Below are positions 27,258-39,948 of a stretch of 64,000 bases of DNA, in pieces; positions within the stretch are counted from its first letter, which is position 1; each line of letters opens with the position of its first letter. A program made the translations under genes and the position numbers. The notes below the pieces were generated by a model that saw only the letters and a program-made list of their open reading frames with translations, searched no databases and was not told where the DNA came from. The DNA is from Bispira polyomma (lineage: Eukaryota), in contig OZ287755.1 in NCBI GenBank assembly GCA_965649765.1, positions 1,550,001-1,614,000 of the forward strand, written 5' to 3'.

Positions 27258-27265
27258 TTTTTATA
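27258..27265 (-). promoter_or_regulatory. TATA box (TATAAAAA) of the C1qDC gene
   Basis: Located ~60 nt upstream of the presumed start, with a pyrimidine-rich Inr-like CTCACACTC ~30 nt downstream. Confidence 0.6.
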
Positions 27266-28565
27266 TGAGTAACACCATCCTTAGTCATAAGTTTTGTAAG
27301 TAAGCCTAGGTTAAGAGCTTAAGCATTTTGTAATGTAAACTCACAAACTACTTACTCACTGAAAGATTCTGATACAAAGTATGTATTTGATTGTGTCCTT
27401 GACATAAGCTTTAAGTAAATAATTTTCTGCTACTCTTAATATGATAGTATGCAATTTGTTTCATGGGATATCATTTTCACCAACTTCCCTTGCGAGTTTT
27501 GGATCAAAATTTTAAATATAAAATAAATATAAACAAAAACTATGAGGTAATCATTATTATATTGTTTAGCTAACTACTTCATGAGTAGGTGACCTGACCC
27601 GACTCATTTAATTGCAGCATTTTTTTGCCATGCATTCTAACTATTTTATAAACCATGGATGATGTTCTGTGGTTGTTTACTCTTGACTATCTTCATTAAT
27701 TGTCTGAAAAGCACTATATCTATTGATAACGTGTCCATAAACAGAAGTGGCTCCACAACAAAAACCTTAAATAAAAGACCACTAACATTTTATAAAACGA
27801 TGACTTTGGGAGTAGAAAAAGTGCAATAAATTTCCTGGATTAAAACTATTAAAATAAAATATTACCTCAAGTGCACATATAGTTTTTTAATTTATTTCAA
27901 TTTCTTCGATTTTTGCTACATGACTAGTTTACCATTTGTTGTGATCTCAATATCAAGCTAGCAATTTAAGCATGATAGGTGGAGCTGTTGTTGCTTTCAA
28001 CAAACAATTCTGTCAAAAATCATGTGAAACTCTGTGAAATGGTAGCTTTTAATAACATTTATTCTATATTTGTTTGCGAAGTCGTGTCATCGATTGTAAT
28101 TGTGAGCGTATGGGTTTTTAGTGTGTGAAGGAAGGAAGAAATTCGTTTGTAGTCAATGTTCTTTATTTTGCTCCCTTTTAAACCACCATATACAAACTCA
28201 TTTTATCGTACACTTTTCACATTTTATACTGTTAATTTGTTATTTAATTCACTGTAACATTTTAATATTGTAATATTGTAGTTGGTAGCAAGCTGGTATC
28301 TACACCTAAGTTCTCATTAAGGCTGGGCTCATCAGGGCAGGTGGCGTCAAAAAATCCAAGTATAACACAACAGCATAACTTCCTAGACAATAATTGATTA
28401 TCTTCTATCTAGATTAAGTAAATATCATTACCTCTTTATAACACTATGTACATTTGTTTAATTGTTCCAGATCATATTAATTAAGTAACTGCTCTATATT
28501 AAGTCCATATCATTATCACCTATTATTATTTCACGTTTATAAACAGTTCAGTATATCAATTAGTC

Positions 28566-28944
28566 ATAATTCCCACATATTATTATGTCATATTCACTGA
28601 ATTAATTCAAGCTCAAGCTATTAGTTCTGTACTGCAGAGTGACAACTGGCGGCCCATGGTTCCCCTGAAGTCCTAAGCTATCTCAGCTGAAGTAGCACTT
28701 GGGAAACACTCAGCTAGCTGCCCCAGTGACCCAAGATGCTAGTCACTGCCCCTGTGACCCAAGAAGATCACGCTCTATGGTGGGTGAAGTCAGCCTCACT
28801 CACTAACTATCTGAAGTCAACTCTAACTCTCTGTAGCTCTCTAACTAACTGTAAGTGAATTGCCTGGTTGAAGCTCTATCTTATATAGCGAAAAAGTGAT
28901 AGGCATAATAAGGATTTACAAAGCCCTTAGCCAATAAGCATGTA
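28566..28944 (-). repeat. Dispersed promoter-bearing repeat (pseudo-LTR- or LTR-like), copy 1, downstream of the Penelope-like ORF
   Basis: Homologous to 56641-57046. Minus strand has an ATTGG (CCAAT) box, GCTATATAAG and Inr-like TTCACTT ~25 nt later. Confidence 0.7.
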
Positions 28945-29649
28945 CATTTTCACAAATTACATTTTCCCACATAATTCCTACTTTGCCATACTCCCTTTCT
29001 GGCGACTAAAGGTGGTGCACTCATGATAAACTCTTTCCACGTGTTGTTGGTGCATGTACAGTTACTTGCATTCTTATTGAGATACTGGCAGCTTGGTGGT
29101 TACAGTTTTATGTTTGTTGATTTGTTCTGCGGTGTCTGAGATATGTGAACCAGTTTGTCGCTATGCTTTCCATATAGCAAATCTGAGATATGTCACTGCT
29201 TCAGCGGTCACTTGCTACTTGTTGTGATACTGACAGCTAGGAGGTTATATTTTTATTTCTGTCTGCTGGTTTGATACATTACTCAATGACATGTGACCAT
29301 CGCTCACTGAATGCTTGTTTCATATTGTTTTTAACTTCAAATTGTATGTATGGAATTATTAATATACCCCTAAAATATCCTTGGATTATGATTTCACATA
29401 ATTATAGTCATAATTGCTACAATTTTGGACATTTGTTCAAATCAGCAAATAACTAAATATATTTCATGAAGTAATAATTAAGTGAGGTAATAAAAATTCA
29501 AAGACGTGTTAGTAAACGCTCAAATTACACCCTTGGGGTAACAATTTCACATTAGTACACTGATTGCAAAGTAGACATTGTTACAACAAGATTTTCCTTC
29601 CACTTTAAAACTTAAAAATACTAGTTTCAGTTTAAAAATACACTTGAGT

Positions 29650-31640
29650 AAATGGGTATGGTAAGACGGCATAGAACTCACACAAACATTCTGGTGTCTG
29701 CTTGGTGTTGGGTACAATATCACACAATTCCTGGCCTCAAAGGAGACAGAAGTGGAAGTGTTAAGCTTGGAGTTTTGAACACTTCTGTAGTGTTCATATA
29801 TTCTTTATCTGAATGGCCTTTTTGTTTCTTCAAAGTATTGGACACCTCAATTTGCACAATTGATATTTATGAATAACAATATTTTATTCATTATAATTAA
29901 AGTCACTGTCTAATGTGCAGATATGTCTAAGGTGCAGGTATGTTCCATAACGCCCTTTTTTCCACAACGCTCTTGTGGTGAGCTGATTTGTGATGCAAAT
30001 ACAGGTGAATGTCAGTTGGTTTATTATGTAGAGTGTTAATGAGCTCTCTTTTGGATCCAAATTTGACTGTATTATGTAGTGAATAGGCATGCTCAATGAA
30101 TTGTTTGAGTGAATATTCACCATGAGTTCAAATCATGAATATGTCATCTATAAATCTTTTCACACTAATGGTTTTAGTGGATGACCATGAAGGCATGCTT
30201 TTGTCTCAAATCTGTCCATAAATATGTTTGCATAGTTATGAGACAAGGCTGTGCACATGACTGTGCCTCTAAGTTGTACGAAGTGATCACCATTGAAATC
30301 GAAATTCATACTGTGTATTAGTAGTTTGAGCAGGTGCAAAATAATGTGGTTTATGGGTGACTTAGTTGTGTCACTGTCTGCTACAGAAAGTATTCCCTCA
30401 CGATTGGGTTTATTAATGTAGAGTGATGAAACATCAAGGATACAGGGTACGGCCCCTTATGGATAAAACCCAGATCATTTATCTTTTTGATAAAGTCTTG
30501 TGTGTCTCTAATATATGATTATGTATCCCAGGAACATATTTTGTGATATGTTCATACATTAGTTTGCTAATCCTACTAGTTGGGTAGTTACTATAACTAC
30601 AATTAGGTCTCTCAGGTACTCTCTTTTTATGTACTTTTGGGAGTAAGTAAAATATGCTTTCTGTGAAGCTATCTAGGCTTAAATATTCAAGATTTTTGTC
30701 TGTGGCGAGGCCTTTTTTGGTCTTATTCTGAACATTATATCTTTGACCTTGTGGCTGACCTCTCTGTTGTGATCTAATTGTGTATAGAAATTTGAGTCTC
30801 CCAATTGTCTAATTGTCCAATTCTCTCAGGTAGTCAGTGGTATTCATTACTACAACTAATAAAAACTTGTCCGCCTTTTTTGATAAACCATATCTGTTTT
30901 TTTCACCTAAAACCTACAAAATGAACTTCATCTAGGTTAGTGGCTAGAAATTCAATTACATCTGTTTCATTTTTGGCCAAAGTTATTAACAAGATGATTA
31001 TCTTGATAAAAGTGTTGTTTGAGAAAAAGTATTCTGTCGAAGGATTTGAAGTCTAACCAAATTTATGACTTATCATGTGAGCCTGGGACGGGCAAAAAGT
31101 GAGGCACTAGTGCTGAGACTTGGTTATCACTCAAGGTCATATCTGATAGACTATTGACAGGGTGTCCAATAAAGCTGTCCATAGTCTCGCACTGAGGTAG
31201 TATACCAGGGCATCCATTTTGGACTCCTTCTTTATTTTAGTTAGAATATCTAAATGTTTATTCATCTCCACCATAAACAATGTCAAAAGTCTTGAGGTCC
31301 TATTTGGAGAACCGCTAGGCTACTCAGTGGTTGTAACAAATATAAATAACAAGTGATTTATATTTACATCTTATATGTTCTAAAATAACAACTATGATAA
31401 ATAATTATTGATTGTTAATCAAATTTCTCAGTCCATTTAGTAGAGACTGGATTTATCTAATTTTGTTTTGATTGCTGTGGAATCTATTTCTGTCAGAGTT
31501 GGGGCCAGGTTGTTTTCTAGGTTTCTTTGGTGGAGGACAAGGACATTGTTCTTTCTCATGGTTTTTTCTGGAATTTGGTAGAGCTGTCAGTGATGTCTTT
31601 GAATTATTCAATTTGGCACATGTGATGTCTGCCAAAGTAA
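29650..31640 (-). mobile_element. Decayed Penelope-like element (RT + GIY-YIG endonuclease)
   Basis: IKKADK (~30870), FYLLPKVHK (~30630), YIRDTQDFIKKI, LDVSSLY (~30425), GTVMCTALSHNYANIFMDRFETK (~30230), RFIDDIFMI (~30140), KPTDIHLYLH, and CAN*GVQYFEETKRPFR*RIYEH (GIY-YIG, ~29790-29860). Confidence 0.88.
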
Positions 31641-34600
31641 ACTTTGATACACGAAGGAGAACATAAGTTGCCTGTATATCAGTTGACTACTATACCTCAT
31701 GCATTTCCTGATGCACGATTGCATCTAATTTATATACTATATAGTATATACTCTGTCCTATACTTAAAAACTCTGCCTGATCTGATAACTGCACTTGTGT
31801 GGTTTCCTCCGATACCAAACTGTCTGGTATCTAGTCCATGGTCACTCATTTGTATTTACACCATAACTGGCCAGTCACTTTAAATTGGGACTACTTAATC
31901 ACTCTCAATATATATTAATTGCCCAACTATTTACCCTATGTTTAATTTGCTCACATTTAAATTGTACCTAATTTTGAGTATTTCTTTTATTAAATTCTAT
32001 GGCCGTAAGAAACATTGACCTGTGACAAAAATAATTATTTAAATGTCATACTGAAGCTGTACAATGAACATTAATAGTTTTTTCATTCCTAGTTAGACCT
32101 TTAATTGCACAAAGTAAGTAGATCTCTTTACAAAACAATTTCAAATGAGTTACCAATTAAAGGTTTTAATGCTATTAACAACAAATAACGTGTAAATCTT
32201 TTTTACAGAACAATCAAAGTCCCTTAAGTATTGAGAAAGCTTACTTGTGCATTTTTTATAAGAAAGTATTAAAATGCTGAGGGTTATGGGTATTATCATT
32301 TTAAATCAAGTAGTGTTCTAGGGCAGTATTAAGGACAGTACTACACAAGAAAGGGTGATAACAGCAGTTGTGAAGAGTCAGCAGACCGCTTATTATCAAA
32401 TAGAAGATGTAATTTTGTTTTAGTTTTAAACTTTAAACTGACATTTTATGATTATTCCTTAACTCTTGAATTTTAGAACCACATGAATGTTCACTAAGGT
32501 ATGTTCTAATATAAAAATATTGATAACAATAAGCTAGTACAAGTAATCGGCTGTTGCTGAACCACATTCAAATACTAAATGGGAAAGTATATTTCAGGCG
32601 AGGTTTTTCCTAGGTAGTTTCTTATTTCCTTATGCAATGCATTACACAGTTATAAATATGGGATGATATAATCTGGAATTAATTTTCTTGTGTTTGAAGC
32701 TATTTCATAGGACTAGGTATAGCTGATTCCTAATGACCACAGTAAATTTAGTAATTACCCAATATTTGTCGCTTTAAAGAAATGTATAAAACCGTAATAA
32801 TAAAAATAAGACTTTAGTTTTGTGCCCTTAGATAAATGTACCAAAATATAAGAGGCTACATACTTAAATGTACAAACAAATGCATCTAACCTGTTAACCA
32901 TAAAGTGACTCAACAACTACATGCATGAGAGTTTAGGAACTCCAAATACAAGTCACAAAGGTTGACTAACGTGTAGTATGACTGAATTACTGATGACAAC
33001 GCATATGCGAAAAGGACTTCGCCTGAGGACATTTCTGATGCAGTTATAAAAGGTGTTTATATATATTACCTATTAATCATAATGCTCTCATTCAAATATA
33101 ATAACATATAATAACAGATAAATCCACACAAAGTCATTAATCTCAAGCTTACAAGAACTTTTGAGGATAATTCTATGTGTCTGTCTATATATTCTGTACA
33201 TTTACAATTTATCTATTCAAATATTATAGGACACATACCACTTGTATGGAGATCTCAAGTATAAAAAAAGACAAAGTAAATAGACCAAGTACAATGCCTT
33301 TACATAAAACCCATTCTTTATTTACACTCACATAAAAGCCGATATGTATACACTTTGCTGGCAATAAAAAATTCTTCTGTTAGGATTTGACTTAGAGTAT
33401 TGACAAAATTTTATCAAATTGTCGTTTATTACTAGCTATTGCTTTTTGTGATCTTGCTACTTTGATGTGTATAATAATGTGTAAAATTACAGCACTTTGT
33501 CTTTATAGGGCAAATGTGGCAAGCCACCACAAATTGGAGGCGCTTGGCCACTGTCAATGAACATTAATTGCAGTTGACCAACTCTGTGTCCAATTTCAGC
33601 ACATATTAAATTGTACCTTATATGTTAACAGTCTACTTTTTTTCTGTTATTAAACTCTATAGCAGTAAAAAACATTGACTTTGACAAAAAAATACATTTT
33701 TAATCAGTCCAAAATGTTTTAGTTAAAAGTCAGCTTGAGTTTAATTGGTTTTGGTGTTTGGTGTTTTATTAGAATTTATACTTATCCAAGTCACAGCGAA
33801 AAAGAGTTAACAATTAGAAGATGCATGGATTGCAACTGAGGGATATAGATATAGATGTTTAAATCAATTGAATCCATCGAGTTGAATCATTTCACCATAC
33901 CCATTATTATAGGCTATAGAATAGTGGAAGTCTATTTACTTTAGCTTTTAGCCAATCATTATTTTGTAAAGATCATCAGAGCACAAAATATCTGATCATA
34001 TATTTCAAAATTTCAACACGCCAAGATATTGCACAAACAGTTCAAGACAGTTGCGACAAAGTTATTTAAAACACTTTTATAAACTCTATCACACATATAC
34101 TGAATATATTACACGAAGTTCTCTTCTCATTATCATTGGGACTCAGGCCAAAATCTGAACATTTTCAGTCAAAATCAAAGACTAAAACCTTAAGCTAAAG
34201 ACAAGGTGAAGGCTACAACTGTTTGTTAAGATGGCCCCAGGAAATTAAAAATACATAAACTGCACAAAATGTGTTTTTAATCTATTCACACAAATAGACA
34301 CACAAACATGTAGATGTACATCCATAAAACCTGGGGATTATTAGGAAATTGTTTACAATGCAAATACACACCTACATGTTTGTATGTCTATCCACAACAC
34401 TGACATTAGATCTACTGAACTTAATGATTTCCTCAATACACAATCTTGGACATTTTTAATGAGTGAGTCTAGCATGGCTAGTCTCACTCATTGATGGGGT
34501 GATGCAGATTTCATGTTGTGACAGCATTTTCGTGAAATTGGCCCGAAAATTGAACTTCATACTTACTAAGTAGCCTTTTTTGATTTTTGGGATAATACAT

Positions 34601-36058
34601 TCGATATGTTTCTTAATAAAAAAACTATAATAACAGTTTTAAAACACTGACCTAGGTTGACATAGTTTTGACCTATATAGTCAGATATTTCATTTTCTAG
34701 GCTTGCTAAAGGCCCATCAATGAAATCCATCTCAGAACGCCAGCCATTATATTAAATGTGTACCACGTGTATGCATTTTTAAACTACCTAATATAATACT
34801 TTATTTTAGTAAATTATAAAGTTACAAACAATCTTCACGAGAATTGTCTACAAACAGACATTTTGGAAGTGACTCCAGCACCCTTAGTGAGTTTTACGAA
34901 ACAATGATTTTCTAGAGTCCACGTTTACAAAATAATTCGTTAAAAATGTTGTTGTCAGCTGTATTTAGTCAGTAATAACTTTGAACGTTCTTGCGGTCGG
35001 TAAATACTAGAATCTGAGACAAAATCGCCCTGGTCAAAAATGTTTTGGTGAGGGTCTTTAACCTTCAACTTTGACGGAATTTCCCTAATGAAAATGTACT
35101 TTTAGGTTGACAGATAATTGTTGTTTTTTTTTGGTAATTTATAAGTGCATAAGTCAAGAGATAGACAAACAATATTGGTAGCTTATATGTTAAATAGCAG
35201 GTCGACAGATAGACAAATAATATCTTTTCTTTATTTCAGTTTTAGATCGACAGGTGGACAGATAATTTGTCTTGAAAGCTATAGGTACTCGTGGACCTGT
35301 CATTAAAAAAAAAAGAAAAACTGATATATCTGTTGACTTGTTTGTATGGGTAATAAAAATAAAATTAAGCTAAGCATCCTAACTTAACCTAGGATAGTGG
35401 GTACTTGTATTTCAGCTTGTTTCGTTTTCAGCCAATAACTTGGACAAAATTGCCCTTGTCAATTGTGTTTTTCTTCAATCTATAACTTGGACAATATTAA
35501 TTGTTTTTTTAGTCTCTTAAGTGGGGGTTCCATATTCAGGATTTGGTCTCCTACCTTCCCGACTTTGAGGTCCGAAACACATACAGGGAGGTCGGGGAGC
35601 AAAAACGGAGTGGTCGGAAAGGTCGGGAAGAATATCAAAAAAGTTAGGTTTTTTGAAAAGTGCCCAATCCCCAATCGTACTTTTTGTCACCCAGGCAGAA
35701 CTTGGTGTGAATACGTTTTTTTACCCCAATCGAACATAACACAGCAGGACAGAACGTATTGGCTATTAGATCTGCCGGGAGAGGTAAAAGATCAAACAGG
35801 GGGAGGATAGGACAGAACTTATCAGCAGTAGGATCTGACATATTCAGTACCGACCAATAGGATCAAACTTATGCAGTACGTGGTGTTTGGGTATAAAACA
35901 TCCCATTAGTACTGGACTCGTTGTATTTGGAGATTGCTGACTGGTACTTGAAGTTGTGTTTTTTTGTGCAGGGTTTTTATTGTTTTTAATTATATGTACT
36001 GAGTTTACAGACGATTTTACAGCTTAGGTTTTTTTTTTGTTGTAACACAACATTAAAG

Positions 36059-37589
36059 ATGCCTAGATTGAGGAGAGTCAGGAGGAAGATTGTGGAGAAG
36101 GAGAGAGAGAAGGAGTTTGAAGTGGGAGTTTCGTCTAATGAGATAGGGAGGAAGAGGAGAGACGACAGGGGGAGTCCGACAGTGAGTGAGAGAGCAGAGA
36201 GTGAGAGAGAGGATGCTTCACAAGGATTGCCTGGATCTTCACAGTACAGAGGACGCGTGAAAAAGGCAGGGAAGATGGTCCACGTCATACTGACAGAGGA
36301 GGATGAGAAAGCAGTGGTGGATTTTGTCAGACACAACGAGGTGCTTTTTAACAAGCGCCACGAACAGTTCAAGGACAGAACACTGAAGGAGAAGTTGTGG
36401 TCGGATTTTGCAACTACCCGTGGTTTGAAAACCAACAAGGTTAGGATTTGGTTTGAGTCACAGAGGACCCGCTTCTGAAAGTTGATGGTTGACCGAGAGA
36501 ACTGGCTGATCGCGCTTCTCGTTTCTGGGATCACACATCGTCAGGCATGTCAAGTCTTCAGGCTTTAAGCCCAGCACGACGTCCACTCAGGGATTATCAC
36601 CACCCCGCCAGGGAAGCCATGATGTGTCCAGATGCTCCAGCATCAGAGGAGAGGGCCTCAGGAGCCTCCAGAGAAGTTCCCCGTCTTGTCTCAGCTGAGA
36701 CGCCAATCAGATGCTAGGAGAGCACTTCACGCAGATCAGGACACTGATGAGTAGCTTGGTTGGAGAGCAGAGAAGTCCCCAGAAGCCTGTGACCAACTGT
36801 AGTGCCTTATTCACCTACCTAGAAGCCAAGACAGAGAAGTTGGACTAGGGCGGGTTTCAGAAGTTCCAAGACAGCACCTTCTCCTGCCTCAGCCAGATCC
36901 AGCAAGGCAGAAGTCAACCCGACAGAAGTGCCTTCGCCGGACCAGTTCCCACGACTACCCTGTTGCGTGCGCCTGGATCGAGCTACGTCCCCCAGCAGCT
37001 TGTGCAACAGTTTCAGCATCCTCAGCTTGTGGTGATGGATAGAGCTTCAGAGTCTTCGGCTGTTGCACAGAAGCCCGCGTTTCAACCACAGAACTTTCTG
37101 TCCCAGCAGTCTCAGCTTCCACCACAGTTCGTTGTGATGGAAACAGCTACAGAGTCTTCGGCTGCTGGGTCGTCACGGCAGAAGCCTGCTACCCCGTTTC
37201 AACAACAGAACTTTCCGTCCCAGCAGTCTCAGCACCCACGACAGTACTTTGTGGTGGGTACAGCTACAGAGTCTTTGGCTGCTGGGTCGTCTGTGAAGTC
37301 GTCGACTTACTTCAGCAGGGAAGAACATTCAGGGGTTGCTACTTAGTTGAAAATGCCGAGCATTTCTCCTAGTAAGCAGTACTCAAACCCACCTTCTAAT
37401 GCGTCTTTGTTTGAGGAGTCTGCGCACAACACGTCAACGTTTTCGAACTTTATGACACCTCCAGCCCACTTCACCAGCACCATCTACCTATACCTCTCCA
37501 CGACCAACACCGCCAAAGTAGCCAGTCAGCAGTCTCCAAAGGGGTGGTGTGTTTCAAGCCACCCCAGCGTTACCTCCAGCCCATTTTAG
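36059..37589 (+). pseudogene. Harbinger MADF (Myb/SANT-like) DNA-binding protein, disrupted
   Basis: LTEEDEKAVVDFVRHNEVLFNKRHEQFKDRTLKEKLWSDFA..VRIWFESQRTRF*KL..DRENW..FSFLGSHIVRH, followed by a Gln/Ser-rich tail. Upstream TATAAAA at ~35892. Confidence 0.85.
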
Positions 37590-38769
37590 GGCCACCCGTT
37601 TTCTCCAAGAACAATATCTTGAGCTGTTGTTAAAAAAATAAACCCCAAACATACAGATAAAATTTAAAAAAATACACACATCCATACAGAAATATAGTAA
37701 TTATTGTCCAAAAAAACCAGAATAAAAATTAATGAAAAAAAAGTCCAAACAAACAGATTACACTGTCCCCTCAAAATAAATACACACATACAGACAGAAA
37801 TATAATTATCATTGTCCAAAAAAACAAGTCCAAAACATTAGCCCAAACAAACAGAATAATACTCCTTCGGACAAAACGTACAAAGCCCCCCCCCCAATAA
37901 TTGTTTGTGAATGTCCAACTTGTCCCTGTTAAGATAATTTTGTTTGAGAATAGGAAAAAAAATCAAAACCTCCTAAAATTGCCCAAGTAAGTATCTAATT
38001 GAGAATGAAAATCACTATCCCCATTGGAAAAGTTTTTGTAAAATGGCAAGGGATACCAAATATGAGATATTATTAGAAAAAAGAAATAAAAAGTTTGTCA
38101 AATTTGTCCCAGTAAGTACCAAATTGAGATATCAACTCCCCATCCCCATATTAAATGTTACTAATAAATAATGACAGACAATAATGGCAAGAAATTGTTT
38201 TAGAAGGGAAGACAGTACAACGTCTGTCCCAAATAACCCAATTAGTACCAAATTGAGATACAAACTCCCGAGGCTGTAATGCACTGTGTGTGTTTTTTTG
38301 GGAAAAAAAATCCACAAATAATTTTGAGGAAAAAGAATTGAGAATCTTTTTCTTAAACTTTAATTTTTGTGTTGATGCAATGAAAAGGTTTTTTTTTGTG
38401 GACAAAATAAATAACCTCGTAAGATAAAAATCTTCCAAATGAGTGGTTACACAACTTTTTTGATTTTAACCCTTTTTGGCCCAAAACAACTGACACCAAG
38501 GGTTTTCATTATGTCTGTGTGTGTAGGGCTTTTAACATTTTCAATGTTTTGTGGGTGGACTGGTTAAGTTGTATATATGTAGAGGTCCTGGGTATTACAT
38601 TTAGTGATTGTTATTGGTAATGGGTTGGGGGTGGGGGTGTAACAAACAGCTCAAACATTGTTCTTGAAATATTAGGGTGGTCTTGAAAAGGACCTTTTAA
38701 ATTTTTGGCTACTGCAAGACCTCTGGGTTGGCTTCTTATCTGGCTCAGGTGGTTAGGCTCAGGCTCAGG

Positions 38770-39948
38770 TTAAACTCTTTCCTCTTGCCATGGCACTGCC
38801 CCCTCATTCATAAAAAAGTCCATTAACATGTCCCTCTGTTCTTTGGCCACTAGAGGGTGCTGTTGCATTGTCGTCAGTAATAGGCAGAAGCTGACGGCCA
38901 AAATCCCAAAACCGTTCTCCACCACCCGCCTTCTCCTGGATATCCTGTAGTTACAAATTCTCTGTGCATGGGTGAGTTCCTTCCTTAAGTAGGGTTTCAT
39001 CATCCACGTTTTCAGGGCAAAGGCGTCGTCCCTCAGCAGGAAGTATTCCACACCACATCGAGACCCCCTTAAACAATGGTGCAGGTCTGGGCAGCCCAAT
39101 GGATCCATCTTCTATCTTCTGCTTGAGCTCTGAGTGGTTAAAAATTTGGGCGTCGGAACAGGAACCACAACAGCAAATGTCCACAGAAATAAATCTGTAG
39201 TCCGCATCAACCAGGGCAAACAGGACAATAGAGTGAAAGCCTTTGTTGTTGTAAAATTCACTCTTGGCCTTGGGAGGCTTCTTGATGGCCACGTGCTTTC
39301 CATCAATAGATCCAACAGCATGAATGATATTTCACCTGTTCCTGTAGACTTCTTCTATTTTCAGCCAGTCTGCGGGGGTGGTTGAGCAGGCTAGATTTGC
39401 TGTCTCATATTCCCTAATGATGGACTTGCATACTTCTGGTATAAACTTAGTGATAGATGATTTCACCACCCTGAACTGGTAGGATAGGTACCTGTAGCTC
39501 TCCCCAGTGGCCAGGTACCTCAAAGTTACAGCTATGATCAGTCCAACATCCAAGAGCTTTCAAAACCAAGTTATTTCTTTTTTCACATGGGGTGTTATCC
39601 TATCCTTGATTTTGTCAAATATACCAGGTGGTAGACTGAAAAGTTCCTGTATGAGGCTGCATCCCCTTCCTGTAGCTCCGGAACTAAATTTGTGTAGTAG
39701 CCTAGGGCCTCTTTCTGACTAATCCAATGCTTGACCCAGCAGATGGGTGACATACGTGGAAGTCTAATCTTCTCTGGGGGAGCCCAAGGGGCACGTGGTG
39801 GTGTTGGGTTCAAATCTTCCTGAGCCTGAGACTGGGCCTTGTCTTTCTCATGTTGTAATATAAGCATGAGGATACATATTTCAATCAAAAAAGAAACTAA
39901 AAATGTCCCTAGTCTCCTCAAATAATCTTCATCACTTCTTCATGGCAT
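38770..39948 (-). pseudogene. Harbinger DDE transposase (HARBI1-like), frameshifted
   Basis: AVTLRYLATGESYRYLSYQFRV, GSIDGKHVAIKKP (D), FYNNKGFHSIVLFALVDADYRF, SDAQIF, LRDDAFAL (D), RRVVENGFGIL (E). ATG at 39948. TATAAA at ~40022-40027. Confidence 0.92.

Noticed and set aside
32985-33030. Hammerhead-like CTGATGA...GCATATGC GAAA
   Set aside because: Extra unpaired bases lie before stem II and there is no convincing stem I or III. Similar failures occur at ~40430 and ~57308.
35986-36534. 182-aa minus-strand ORF (and similar ORFs at 153-614, 61651-62214, 62381-62941)
   Set aside because: These are antisense shadows of TE coding regions with no recognisable domains.
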